Shown: positions 48,422 through 58,784 of the stretch, in pieces
Position numbering within the stretch: position 1 is the stretch's first letter
Layout of the letters: each line of letters opens with the position of its first letter
IMG/VR virus record: IMGVR_UViG_3300024350_000252
Coordinates: 124,001-188,000 of that record
Length of the DNA stretch: 64,000 nucleotides
Reading direction: 5' to 3' (one strand)
Notes under the pieces: model-generated
What the model saw: the letters and a program-made list of their open reading frames with translations, nothing else
Told to the model about the DNA's origin: nothing
The model's database searches: none
Made by a program: the position numbers and the translations under genes

Positions 48422-51400
48422 ATGGCTGAGTATAAATTAGGTAGAATACGTTTTATTTGGAAAGATCAGTGGGCAGCAGGAACCACGTATCTCAAAGATG
48501 ATGTAGTTCGCAAAAATGGTAAAGTTTACATCTGCGTGATCGGGCACACAGCCGCTTCGGATTTTTACGTAGACGCAGACAATATTCCAGCTCGTTGGAA
48601 TCAAATGAGTGACGGCCAAACATGGCGTTCAGATTGGTCTCCAGATACAGTTTACTATCTCAATGACATAGTAAAATATGGCGGACAAGTCTATATCTGT
48701 ACACAAGGACACACTTCGGCAGCTACCTATGCTCTCGGTCTAGAACAAGATCTAGATCTTGGTGACAGCACAGTTTCTAAATGGCACATTTTTGCCGAAT
48801 CTTTTGATTGGAAAAATGATTGGGTACCAAATTATAGATATAAGAGACACGATATCGTCAAGTATGGTGGTAACACATACCTTTGTAATACTGGACACAC
48901 TTCCGCATCTGATTATACATATGGTCTAGAAGGTCTAGGATTAGTCACACCTGGTGTTCAAGCAGATATAGGCAAGTGGGATCTATATTCAGAATCTTTC
49001 GAATGGAAGACTGACTGGGCACCTAGCACACGATATAAATTACACGATGTGGTAAGATTTGGTGGTACCACTTATGTTTGTAATCTAGGTCATACTTCTG
49101 CTGCTACATTTGACCTTGGGTTAGAAGCTGACCAGACAAAATGGGATTATTTCAATCAAGGTATACAATATCTCTACGATTGGGATAATGGCGATGTAAA
49201 CTATAAGATCAACGATGTGGTAAAATATGGTGGAGATCTTTGGATCTGTACCAAAAAACACAAGTCGAACACTTCTACTCTTTTCCAAACAGAAGAAGCC
49301 GCAGGACGTTGGAAGAAATTCGTCGAAGGTCTTAAATTCCAAGATTCATGGAATAGCTCAACAGTGTATGAACCAGGTGACATCGTAACATATGGTGGTT
49401 ATGCTTATGTGGCAAAGACTAATCACAGCAACGTTTCACCGATCGCAGCAGTGGCTGGTGGAATCAATTGGAGTTTATACACTACTGGATTTACTCTTAA
49501 AAACAATTGGGATCAAGACACAAATTATAAAGTAGGTGAAGTAGTTAGACTCAACGGGTATTCTTATGCTTGTATAGCCGATACTACAAAATACACAACT
49601 ACGGTAACAGCTACTAGTCAGTCTACTGGTCAATTAACTATAAACAACAGTCTGGCTACCACTACATCTACAGCAACAACCAGCGTGACTGTAAATTCTG
49701 TAACTTATAATTATGTTCGAGTTAACAGTGGTACAGGACTTAGCATTGGTAGATCTATCGTATTCACTGGTACCACATTTGGTGGTATCACGGCAAATCA
49801 AACTTATTATATCGTAGGATTACCTACTACAACACCACAGACTATCGTTTCAGTGGCACAGGCCAGCACTATAGTTACAGTAACAACTAATCTAGTACAT
49901 GGATATACTGCCGGACAGACAGTCACGGTAACAGGAACCAGCCTAGTAGATGCTGCCAATGTGGTGATAACTGCTGTGCCTAATGCTTATACATTTACCT
50001 ATGATCTAGCCAGCAACACAGTACCTACTACTACAGTGTCTGGTACAGTAACACCGGCAGCACAGATTATTATTTCATCTAGCTATAACGGATCTCCATT
50101 GACATTGACTACTGCGTCAGGTTCGATGGGAGTATCAGCTGGTGAAACTTATTTTGTAGGACAAGCTATTAGATTTAGCGGTACGACATTCGGAAATATA
50201 CAGACAGGATCAACACCAAAACAAACCTATTGGATCTATTCTGTAGACGGTCTTAATACTCTAAAGATTTCTACGACACAGTATGGTTCTCCTGTTTCTA
50301 CTACAGCTACCGGTACTAATGGTCAGTCTACGATCACCGTGACTAGCTTGACTGGTATAGCCTTAGGGTTCCAAGTGACTGGCAATGGTATCGGTAGCGG
50401 AGCAACTGTAGTCAGCATAGTAGGCTATGTTGTCACACTCAGTCAACCTAATACCAGCAATATCACTACAGGAACTGGAGCAATTACATTCAGTTCATAT
50501 TTTGTACCTCAGACACAGACTGGTTCGATGACTGCTGAAATAGTAGCAGAACCACCAAATGACACATTCTGGGGTAGATTGAATTCAGGCATTAAATGGA
50601 CTAATTCTTGGGTAACCGACATAGACTATTTCTTAGGTGATGCTGTTCGCTATGGACCAAATAGTTACATCTGTATACAACAACATCATTCATTGACCAG
50701 CAACAGACCAGACAATGATGTGACAGGAACTTTCTGGAACTTGTTGGCTAATGGTCAGGAATCATCAGTATTGACCACACAAGGTGATCTAGTTTACTTC
50801 GGCGGTTCTGGACCTACAAGATTGCCAATAGGGCAAGATGGTCAAGTGCTGACAGTCAATGGTAATACATTGGCTCCAAATTGGAAGTTCTGGGGCAGCA
50901 TCGATCAAGTTTATTATGTAGCTACTTCAGGTACAGACAGTGCTTATCCTATCTATGGTGCTACATTAGACAAACCATGGAAGACTATCAGATATGCTTG
51001 CGAACAGATATTAGCAGGACCTAGAAATCCTAATGCTGCTTATCTTATAAATGTTAACAGACAGTTCATCCAACGAGAAACTGTAAATTGGATCAACTAT
51101 CAAATCGCTAACAATATATCTCCTTTCACTACTGGTTTCACTTATGATCAAACCAAATGCGAAAGAGATACAGGTTATGTAATCGATGCTTTAGTCTGGG
51201 ACTTAACACACGGCGGCAATGTGAGATCTAGAGCGGCAGCATTAAGCTATGTTGGCGGAACATATACTTTATTATCTTCACAGAAAACACAAACCAACGC
51301 AGCACTAAATTATGCTATCAATAATGTGTTAGTCGCCGCAGTATTAGCTAACGCAGCACCTTTCCAAAACTATCAAGTACTAAATGGAGTAGCTGTTGGT

Positions 51401-54400
51401 TCTCGTATCAATCAAGTTATCAATACAAATTATACTTCAGAAACTGTATCATCAGATATTACTGCTTTATTAAAAATAATCACAGATGCTATAACAGCAG
51501 GTGTATCTACTAATATTCCTGCTCAGGTACAACCAAATTATACTATCTTGGCTAAAACTGGAGTATATTATGAAACATTACCTATCGTTGTGCCAGCGTT
51601 TACCGCGATAGTAGGAGACGAATTAAGATCTACAAACATACGTCCAGCTGCTTCGCAAGTAGCTGCTGGTGATGTCACTTACAGTCTAGCAGCATTGGCT
51701 TATATCAAGACTATAATCAGCAATGTAGTGACTGGTACCACAGTAACTACTAATCAAATCACATATTCACAAGATAAAACACTGCCTTTGGCTACAGGTA
51801 CTGAAGGAACTACCGTACAGAATCTTGTACAAAATATCATCGACTATATTAATTTCTATATCAATAGCACAGGCAGTGCTCCAGCTATGACTGGTACCAA
51901 CACACCGGCTAGCACTTACGATCCGTATGCCGCTGCTAGATTGTTAGAATTGAACAGAAACTTTATCGTAGCTCAAACTAATGCCTATATAGCAGCGACA
52001 TATCCTGCTTATAGTTACAATGTGGCATCATGTTCTAGGGACGTTAATCGTTATATAGATGCTCTTAAATATGATCTAGTCTATACAGGAAATTATAAAA
52101 CATTAACATACGCAAAACTATATGTCAATGCGGTAACTGGCAGTCTCTTACAAAATATGTTCTTGGTAAGAAATGCCTGTGGTCTAAGAAATTGTACCGT
52201 ACAAGGATTGACAGGTACATTAGGATCAGCCAACGCATATGGAACTAAGAGACCTAGTGCTGGAGCCTATGTCAGCCTAGATCCAGGCTATGGACCAAAC
52301 GATTCGGATGCTTGGGTAACCACAAGATCTACATATGTACAAAACGTGACTACATTTGGCACGGCGGCAATCGGTCTTAAGATCGATGGTAATTTACATA
52401 ACGGTGGCAATAAATCTGTTGTTGCTAACGACTTTACACAGGTCATCAGCGATGGTATCGGTGTATGGTGTACCAATAATGGGTTGACAGAACTTGTGTC
52501 TGTGTTCTCGTATTATGGACACATGGGATACCTAGCAGAAGCTGGTGGTAAGATACGTGCTACTAACGGTAACTCATCATATGGTGATTACGGTACTGTG
52601 TCTGAGGGTGTTGATGCGACAGAAGTTCCGATCACTGCTCAGATTGACAATAGAGCATCCGCAGCACAAGTTGGGTTGACAGTACAAAACGGCAATGCTA
52701 TACAGAGATTAGAATTTACTAATGCTGGTATAAACTATAATAATTCTGCTACATTTACTTTCAACGGGGCAGGTATTAATGCGGCAGCAGTATTTGACGA
52801 AACTAGAGATAATGCTATTTTTGAAGCTAGACAATTACAGTTAGCAGCAGATGGTTCAGATGGCATGTATGGCGGATCATCATACTATACAGCACAGAAC
52901 GTTGCCCAGGCGGGCGGTCTATATCAGATCACGCTAGCTGCTACAGATAGCCAAACTTCTAGCGGTTATCTGGGAATGAGAATAGTCACTGTATCAGGTA
53001 CTGGTGCAGCTCAACAGGCTAAGATCATCAACTACAACGCAGGTAACAAGATCGCTCTTGTGGCTAAAGAATCATTCGCAGATATCACAGTTACTGGTAG
53101 CACTATCAGTGGTAACACTTTGACTACTACTGCCGCAGAACAAGATAGATTGTATGCTAACATGCCATTGTATCTTAGCGCAGCTATTGGTGGGTTGAGT
53201 GCTAACTCTTTATATTATGTGGTTGGTTCTAGTATCGCTACACCCGGAACTACTTTCCAAGTTTCAACAGCACCGAGCGGATCTGCTGCTACGATAACAG
53301 CTACAACAACAGGACAAAACGTCACATTATATCAAGCAGGTTGGGAAGGAGCTATCAACGGTACCACTATCACATCACCGGATCCTTCTACATTATATTT
53401 GATCGAACCGAGAGTAACATTTGCTGCTCCAGGATTTAAACAAAACGCTACAGGCACACTACCGACCGTAGCTGTTGGATATAAAGATGGTGTGTTTAGT
53501 CAGACAAGATCTACTCATACAGGAGTGTCAGCGAGCGGTGGCGCTGGTTCAAGCGCAACCTTCAACATTACTAGAGTAGGATTGGTTTATACTGTAACAT
53601 TAAACAACGGTGGTACGGGCTATGCTGTGGGAAATACTCTAACTATTTTAGGAACCAGTGTCGACGGTGCTACTCCAAGGAATGACATCACGATAACAGT
53701 TACAAAAGTTACAAGTCCTACAGGAGTTATCAGTGCGTTCAGCTCTACTGGTTTAGGTAGAGGTGGACAGTTCTTTGCTTTACCAAACAGTGGAGCAACA
53801 GGTGCATATTCAAGGGATGGCAGTACATGGACATCTACTACTATCACTAACCAATCTTGGGGAACAGTAGCTACTGGTACTATTAGTAACGTGGATTATG
53901 TACAAATATTGCCAGGTAGTGGATCGGCTAATTTCCAATACAGCACCAATGGAGGACAAACGTGGACAAGTTCTACGCTGCCAACTACACAATCATGGAC
54001 CAGTTCCGCATTTGGTAATGGTGTATTCATGGCAGTGTCCAGCACATCTAATACACCTATAACATCATCAAATGGTACGAGCTGGGCTGTTACAGCCGGA
54101 AACCTTGGCGCTTTTACTAATTTAGTAGGAGTTGCTTACGGATTGGGTAGATTTATGGTATTGCCAGGATCAGCAGCTAACACAACAGCATCATACAGTC
54201 TCAATAACGGCACTACATTTGTGGCTACGACATTACCTTCCAGCCAGACATGGTCTGGTATAGCATATGGTAATGGAAGATTTGTAGCCATAGCGTCAAC
54301 TAATAGAGCAGGTGCTATCAGCATAGATGGTGTAAACTGGACAGCAGTAACACTACCGAATGGAACTATGACCAAGATCAGATATGCTCAAGGTCTGTTT

Positions 54401-56104
54401 ATGATGATAACTAGCGGTAGTGCTAATACTGTATGGACATCGCAAGATGGTATCAATTGGACTAACAGGACATTTGCTACCAGCGATACGAGAGCATTCC
54501 CATTCTTTGGTGATCCAAACAATGTACCAAGCTGGATAGTTCTACCGTCGAGTGCTACTACTACAGGTATCATAGCAAAAACTGGTGCTACTGCTACAGG
54601 CAGAGTTTTAGTAACTAACAACAGTATTTCTCAAACTAGAATCGTTGAACCTGGTTCGGGATATCCGTTCGGATCTGTAACTAACGTAGGACCTACAACA
54701 ACTATCACAGTAACCAGCGTATCAGGAACTACTATAACCACTTCAACAAACTTGACTACTGCTGGTATACTATCAGATCAACCTATAGTATTCAGCGCAG
54801 GATTAGGCAATATCGTCGGCGGCAGTACATATTATGTGTTAACGGCTAGTGGCACATCGATGACTATTAGCTCTAGCTTACAAGGAACTGCTTTCACTGT
54901 AGGCACAGCATCTGGTACTATCACTGGTACTACTGCTAGCGTGATCAAAGTTGATCAAACTGATAATCTAGTCAATGGTCAACCTGTGAACTTTACCAAT
55001 TTAGCTGCGGTTGGCTTGTCTACTAATAAAGCATACTATGTGATCAGCGGTAGTATCACTACTACCAGCTTCAGAGTTTCACAAAATACAGTATCTTCGA
55101 CAGCGGCAACGCTGACCACACCAGCATCTAGTTTGGTGAATGCTTTTTATAACGCAGGCGGTGCTATAACTATAACTGATCCGAACCGTGTGTTTGCTGC
55201 CCCTATACAAGTAAGAGCTGGATCTAGTGTATTGGCTAATCCTACATTTACCAATAGAGGTACTTTATGGACTACAGCTACAACAACAATATCAGGCGAC
55301 GGTGTTGGAGATATATTCCAACCAGGTCAATATATCTCTATCAAGAACATTAGCTCACTGCCAACAGTTGGATCGAATGTGGAATTCGCTTCATTACCGG
55401 GACAGTATTTCAAACTAGTTACTACCAGAAACTTGATAGGAACTGGTCCATATACTGCTACATTCCAGATCAGTCCGTTAATGTCCGTGACAGATTCTCC
55501 ACCAGATGGCGATGCTATCACTGTAAGAATCAGATATAGCCAAGTGCGTCTAACTGGACATGATTTTTTGAGCATCGGTACTGGTAACTTTACCAATACA
55601 AATTATCCAGGAATACCACTGATCGCTTCTGATTCGGCCAAGCAGACCAAAGAGTCCGCCGGAGGTCGCGTGTTCTTTACCAGCACTGACCAAGACGGTA
55701 ACTTCAACGTTGGTAACTTGTTCTCGGTACAACAGGCTACAGGTACTGCTACCCTAAATGCTAACGCATTCAATCTAGCAGGACTACAGAGCTTGAGCTT
55801 AGGCTCAGTTAACGTGGGAGGTAGCGCAGGCGCTACTATCACTGAATTCAGTACAGATCCATATTTCACAGCTAATAGCGATGCTATATTGCCTACTCAA
55901 CGAGCTATCAAGGCATATGTAGCTTCACAAATTGGTTCTGGATCCAGTACTTTGAACGTAAATACACTTACTGCTGGTTCGATCTTTGTAAGCGGAAACA
56001 CCATTACAACCACTACAAACCTCGAAATCAAAGTAACTACAAAATTGAATTTCATCAAGGGTGTGGATGGTTATCCAGTGGCCTTGAATTTGTTCTTAAC
56101 ATAA
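48422..56104 (+). CDS. Giant adhesin/fibre protein D (paralogue of C)
   Basis: 2560 aa; same architecture as C with shared blocks (GAYVSLDPGYGP, ELVSVFSYYGH, YSQVRLTGHD, GRVF.T.TDQDGNF) and extra insertions. Confidence 0.8.
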   Translation: MAEYKLGRIRFIWKDQWAAGTTYLKDDVVRKNGKVYICVIGHTAASDFYVDADNIPARWNQMSDGQTWRSDWSPDTVYYLNDIVKYGGQVYICTQGHTSAATYALGLEQDLDLGDSTVSKWHIFAESFDWKNDWVPNYRYKRHDIVKYGGNTYLCNTGHTSASDYTYGLEGLGLVTPGVQADIGKWDLYSESFEWKTDWAPSTRYKLHDVVRFGGTTYVCNLGHTSAATFDLGLEADQTKWDYFNQGIQYLYDWDNGDVNYKINDVVKYGGDLWICTKKHKSNTSTLFQTEEAAGRWKKFVEGLKFQDSWNSSTVYEPGDIVTYGGYAYVAKTNHSNVSPIAAVAGGINWSLYTTGFTLKNNWDQDTNYKVGEVVRLNGYSYACIADTTKYTTTVTATSQSTGQLTINNSLATTTSTATTSVTVNSVTYNYVRVNSGTGLSIGRSIVFTGTTFGGITANQTYYIVGLPTTTPQTIVSVAQASTIVTVTTNLVHGYTAGQTVTVTGTSLVDAANVVITAVPNAYTFTYDLASNTVPTTTVSGTVTPAAQIIISSSYNGSPLTLTTASGSMGVSAGETYFVGQAIRFSGTTFGNIQTGSTPKQTYWIYSVDGLNTLKISTTQYGSPVSTTATGTNGQSTITVTSLTGIALGFQVTGNGIGSGATVVSIVGYVVTLSQPNTSNITTGTGAITFSSYFVPQTQTGSMTAEIVAEPPNDTFWGRLNSGIKWTNSWVTDIDYFLGDAVRYGPNSYICIQQHHSLTSNRPDNDVTGTFWNLLANGQESSVLTTQGDLVYFGGSGPTRLPIGQDGQVLTVNGNTLAPNWKFWGSIDQVYYVATSGTDSAYPIYGATLDKPWKTIRYACEQILAGPRNPNAAYLINVNRQFIQRETVNWINYQIANNISPFTTGFTYDQTKCERDTGYVIDALVWDLTHGGNVRSRAAALSYVGGTYTLLSSQKTQTNAALNYAINNVLVAAVLANAAPFQNYQVLNGVAVGSRINQVINTNYTSETVSSDITALLKIITDAITAGVSTNIPAQVQPNYTILAKTGVYYETLPIVVPAFTAIVGDELRSTNIRPAASQVAAGDVTYSLAALAYIKTIISNVVTGTTVTTNQITYSQDKTLPLATGTEGTTVQNLVQNIIDYINFYINSTGSAPAMTGTNTPASTYDPYAAARLLELNRNFIVAQTNAYIAATYPAYSYNVASCSRDVNRYIDALKYDLVYTGNYKTLTYAKLYVNAVTGSLLQNMFLVRNACGLRNCTVQGLTGTLGSANAYGTKRPSAGAYVSLDPGYGPNDSDAWVTTRSTYVQNVTTFGTAAIGLKIDGNLHNGGNKSVVANDFTQVISDGIGVWCTNNGLTELVSVFSYYGHMGYLAEAGGKIRATNGNSSYGDYGTVSEGVDATEVPITAQIDNRASAAQVGLTVQNGNAIQRLEFTNAGINYNNSATFTFNGAGINAAAVFDETRDNAIFEARQLQLAADGSDGMYGGSSYYTAQNVAQAGGLYQITLAATDSQTSSGYLGMRIVTVSGTGAAQQAKIINYNAGNKIALVAKESFADITVTGSTISGNTLTTTAAEQDRLYANMPLYLSAAIGGLSANSLYYVVGSSIATPGTTFQVSTAPSGSAATITATTTGQNVTLYQAGWEGAINGTTITSPDPSTLYLIEPRVTFAAPGFKQNATGTLPTVAVGYKDGVFSQTRSTHTGVSASGGAGSSATFNITRVGLVYTVTLNNGGTGYAVGNTLTILGTSVDGATPRNDITITVTKVTSPTGVISAFSSTGLGRGGQFFALPNSGATGAYSRDGSTWTSTTITNQSWGTVATGTISNVDYVQILPGSGSANFQYSTNGGQTWTSSTLPTTQSWTSSAFGNGVFMAVSSTSNTPITSSNGTSWAVTAGNLGAFTNLVGVAYGLGRFMVLPGSAANTTASYSLNNGTTFVATTLPSSQTWSGIAYGNGRFVAIASTNRAGAISIDGVNWTAVTLPNGTMTKIRYAQGLFMMITSGSANTVWTSQDGINWTNRTFATSDTRAFPFFGDPNNVPSWIVLPSSATTTGIIAKTGATATGRVLVTNNSISQTRIVEPGSGYPFGSVTNVGPTTTITVTSVSGTTITTSTNLTTAGILSDQPIVFSAGLGNIVGGSTYYVLTASGTSMTISSSLQGTAFTVGTASGTITGTTASVIKVDQTDNLVNGQPVNFTNLAAVGLSTNKAYYVISGSITTTSFRVSQNTVSSTAATLTTPASSLVNAFYNAGGAITITDPNRVFAAPIQVRAGSSVLANPTFTNRGTLWTTATTTISGDGVGDIFQPGQYISIKNISSLPTVGSNVEFASLPGQYFKLVTTRNLIGTGPYTATFQISPLMSVTDSPPDGDAITVRIRYSQVRLTGHDFLSIGTGNFTNTNYPGIPLIASDSAKQTKESAGGRVFFTSTDQDGNFNVGNLFSVQQATGTATLNANAFNLAGLQSLSLGSVNVGGSAGATITEFSTDPYFTANSDAILPTQRAIKAYVASQIGSGSSTLNVNTLTAGSIFVSGNTITTTTNLEIKVTTKLNFIKGVDGYPVALNLFLT

Positions 56105-56117
56105 CGGAGAAAAATAA

Positions 56118-56441
56118 ATGGCAACAGGAGTTTTGGGCACATACGATCATACCGCAGGAGCTTGGTTTGCTCTATATACGGTCCCAGCCACTACATTTTC
56201 GGTGGTCAGCTTGTCAATGTGTAACAGAAGCAATCAAGCTGTGAACGTAAGAGTAGCAGTTTCTACAAGTTCAGTTAGCCCTGCTAACGGCGAAATCATC
56301 GAATTTGATACAGAAGTATTAGGAAAAGGTGTGCTAGAAAGGACCGGTATCGTGATGGATGCCGGTAAAGTGCTTCTAGTTTACTCAAATGCTGCGGGCG
56401 TTAGCTCGGTAGCATTTGGAATCGAAACATCAACTGTATAA
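56118..56441 (+). CDS. Small beta-sandwich adaptor-like protein
   Basis: 107 aa; YTVP...SMCNR...LERTGIVMDAG. Confidence 0.7.
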   Translation: MATGVLGTYDHTAGAWFALYTVPATTFSVVSLSMCNRSNQAVNVRVAVSTSSVSPANGEIIEFDTEVLGKGVLERTGIVMDAGKVLLVYSNAAGVSSVAFGIETSTV

Positions 56442-56467
56442 TAAATATAGCATCAGGGGAATAAACA

Positions 56468-56800
56468 ATGGGAAGATATCTTACAACTACAGGAACAGCA
56501 GGCAATACGGTCAGAGAGATCTCAGGAGCCTACTCTGCAGTAGTCAACGACAGAATTTTAGCTAATACTGCTAGTAGCGGTTTTACTATAACACTGCCTG
56601 CTAACAGCACATTATTTTTGAATGATACTATTCAGATCATTGACGTAGCAGGAAACGCAGCTATTAACAACATCACTATCGCTAGAAACAGCTCTAAGAT
56701 CAACAATATCGCAGACGATTTCGTGATTGACGTTAACTATGCTGTGATCACGTTGATCTATACAGGATCAACATATGGTTGGATCGTAGCCAACGCTTAA
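56468..56800 (+). CDS. Small tail-fibre-associated protein (T4 gp34 N-terminal-type repeat)
   Basis: 110 aa; ITLPA...NDTIQIIDVAG....NNITIARN...I......LIY.GSTYGW; own late promoter. Confidence 0.6.
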   Translation: MGRYLTTTGTAGNTVREISGAYSAVVNDRILANTASSGFTITLPANSTLFLNDTIQIIDVAGNAAINNITIARNSSKINNIADDFVIDVNYAVITLIYTGSTYGWIVANA

Positions 56801-56818
56801 TGAAGGATAAAGACGGGT

Positions 56819-57790
56819 ATGCCAACCTCGCTTAAAGCAACTAACGGTTTTAAAAGTCAGGCTTTCTGGAATCAGGAAACTAATCTAGAAAGAGGGACTA
56901 TACATGTTTACACCCCAGGTAACGACTTCCAAAGTTTCCCCTGCTGCGGATGTTTCGTCGCACCTAGCTGTGGTACAGCAGTCATAGAAATCTGGGGAGC
57001 TGGCGGAAGCGGTTCTCGTATGTGCTGCTGTGGTGGCGGCATGCCAGGAAATTCAGGTGCCTATGCCAAAAAGACTATCAGAATGGGCGCAGGCTGTTAT
57101 ATCTATTTCTATGTAGGCATGGCCTGCGGTAACGCAGACTCTTTATGTTATAGAGGCTGTTCAGAAGCTACCTGTCTATGTTGGTTTGGTAACCAAGGAC
57201 TTAGTGGCTGTATGTGCGCACAAGGTGGACAGGGCGGTATCAGTTACTGTTCTACAGGTACTTCTATGTACTGCTGCTATGCGGCCAATAGTTGGCCAAC
57301 TACAAACTTAGGCAATGGTTGCGGAATCGTCTGTAATAATTGCTCAGGATCATATCAAGCATGTGCCTACGGTGGAGACGTTAACCTCTGTAGTAGGATT
57401 TCCTGCGTGGTCTATCTAGGCTGCTTGCCCAGCTGCGTATGTAACATCAATTGGAGCATGGCTATCCCCGCAGGACAATTTTCAAAATGCGGAGGCTATG
57501 TCAGCTACACGACAGAAAATAACCAAGACTACGCTAACTGGGTCGGTGTAGGACAACATAATCATATCATGGCACTGAATGCTGCCAGTCGTTGGCCACA
57601 ACAGGGTATGCCATGGGCATACTGCTGGGGGTTTGGCGGTGGTTGCGGCTGTTACGAAAACGAAGGCTGTACAGGATTTGTTCCACCAGGACATCCTGGA
57701 ATGGGACCGCTTCCATGTCCAGATGTGAGAGATCATGCTAGAAAAGGCGGCAGTGGCATGGTAAGAATTAAATTTATACCGGGAACATAA
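56819..57790 (+). CDS. Cys/Gly-rich protein 1 (glycine-rich fibre-tip-like domain)
   Basis: 323 aa, ~33 Cys by hand count; IEIWGAGGSG.RMCCCGGG.PG..GAY and C-terminal PCPDVRD...GG.G.VRI.F. Confidence 0.8.
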   Translation: MPTSLKATNGFKSQAFWNQETNLERGTIHVYTPGNDFQSFPCCGCFVAPSCGTAVIEIWGAGGSGSRMCCCGGGMPGNSGAYAKKTIRMGAGCYIYFYVGMACGNADSLCYRGCSEATCLCWFGNQGLSGCMCAQGGQGGISYCSTGTSMYCCYAANSWPTTNLGNGCGIVCNNCSGSYQACAYGGDVNLCSRISCVVYLGCLPSCVCNINWSMAIPAGQFSKCGGYVSYTTENNQDYANWVGVGQHNHIMALNAASRWPQQGMPWAYCWGFGGGCGCYENEGCTGFVPPGHPGMGPLPCPDVRDHARKGGSGMVRIKFIPGT

Positions 57791-57791
57791 G

Positions 57792-58772
57792 ATGCCAACT
57801 TCGATTAGAACATGGACACAAACTAGACTAAACTTCATCGCAGATAATGAAGAAAACTTAGAACGAGGTTCGATCTATCTGTTCAGCGGTTCTGCTGAAA
57901 GAACGAATTTTAGTAACGGTGGTTTTTGCTGGGTAGCACCTGCTACCGGACAGGCTATCGTAGACATTTGGGGAGCTGGTGGTAGCGGTGCTCGTATGTG
58001 CTGCTGCGGTGGCGGTCTTCCGGGCAATCCAGGAGCATTTGCTAGAAAATGTCTATGTATACAGTCTGGCTGCTGGATCTGCGGATTTACTGGTATGAGC
58101 TGCGGCTCACCAGATCTTTGCTTTAGAGGTTGTTCGGAATATTCAGGTATCTGCTGGCAAGCTAGCGGTACAAACGGTTGTGTATGCGCCCAAGGTGGCC
58201 GCGGAGGCACTAGCTACTGTTCTACAGGAACTTCTCTCTATTGCTGTTTTACAGCTGGTAACTTCTGTACTACACTAATCAACGCTAACTGTGGTGTTGT
58301 CTGTAACTATGGTTCAGGCACAGCCAGCTGCTGCGCACAAGCATTCGGTGGCGACATTAACTGTTTTGGCGGTTTTAGTTGTGTACTTTTCGCAGGTTGT
58401 CAACCAAGTTGTCCATGTTCAACAATCTATCACATAGCTACACCTCCATACTATTATTCAACATGCGGTGGAGTGATCACTTACACCTCTGAAGGTGATA
58501 GCGGAGCAGCTAACTGGTCGGGCGGTACATTGACAGGATACATACACGGTATGTCAGTCATGGGTCGTCAACCACATCACGGTACACCTCCAGAGCAATC
58601 TTGCTGGACTGGCGGTCGTACATGCGGATGTTACGAAGGTCAAGGATGTATTCCTTTTGTACCAGCAGGATTCCCAGGACCTGGTCCTTTGCCTTGCCCA
58701 GATGTTCGCGATATGGCATTCCGTGGCGGTCATGGTGCTGTAAGAATCAAATTCATAGCCGCAACAGAATAA
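57792..58772 (+). CDS. Cys/Gly-rich protein 2 (paralogue)
   Basis: 326 aa, collinear with protein 1. Confidence 0.8.
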   Translation: MPTSIRTWTQTRLNFIADNEENLERGSIYLFSGSAERTNFSNGGFCWVAPATGQAIVDIWGAGGSGARMCCCGGGLPGNPGAFARKCLCIQSGCWICGFTGMSCGSPDLCFRGCSEYSGICWQASGTNGCVCAQGGRGGTSYCSTGTSLYCCFTAGNFCTTLINANCGVVCNYGSGTASCCAQAFGGDINCFGGFSCVLFAGCQPSCPCSTIYHIATPPYYYSTCGGVITYTSEGDSGAANWSGGTLTGYIHGMSVMGRQPHHGTPPEQSCWTGGRTCGCYEGQGCIPFVPAGFPGPGPLPCPDVRDMAFRGGHGAVRIKFIAATE

Positions 58773-58784
58773 GGTGAAATAAGA

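Noticed and set aside
30536-56104. Many short antisense or alternative-frame ORFs inside the giant fibre genes
   Set aside because: Expected from biased codon usage of T/G/N-rich repeats; no independent signals.
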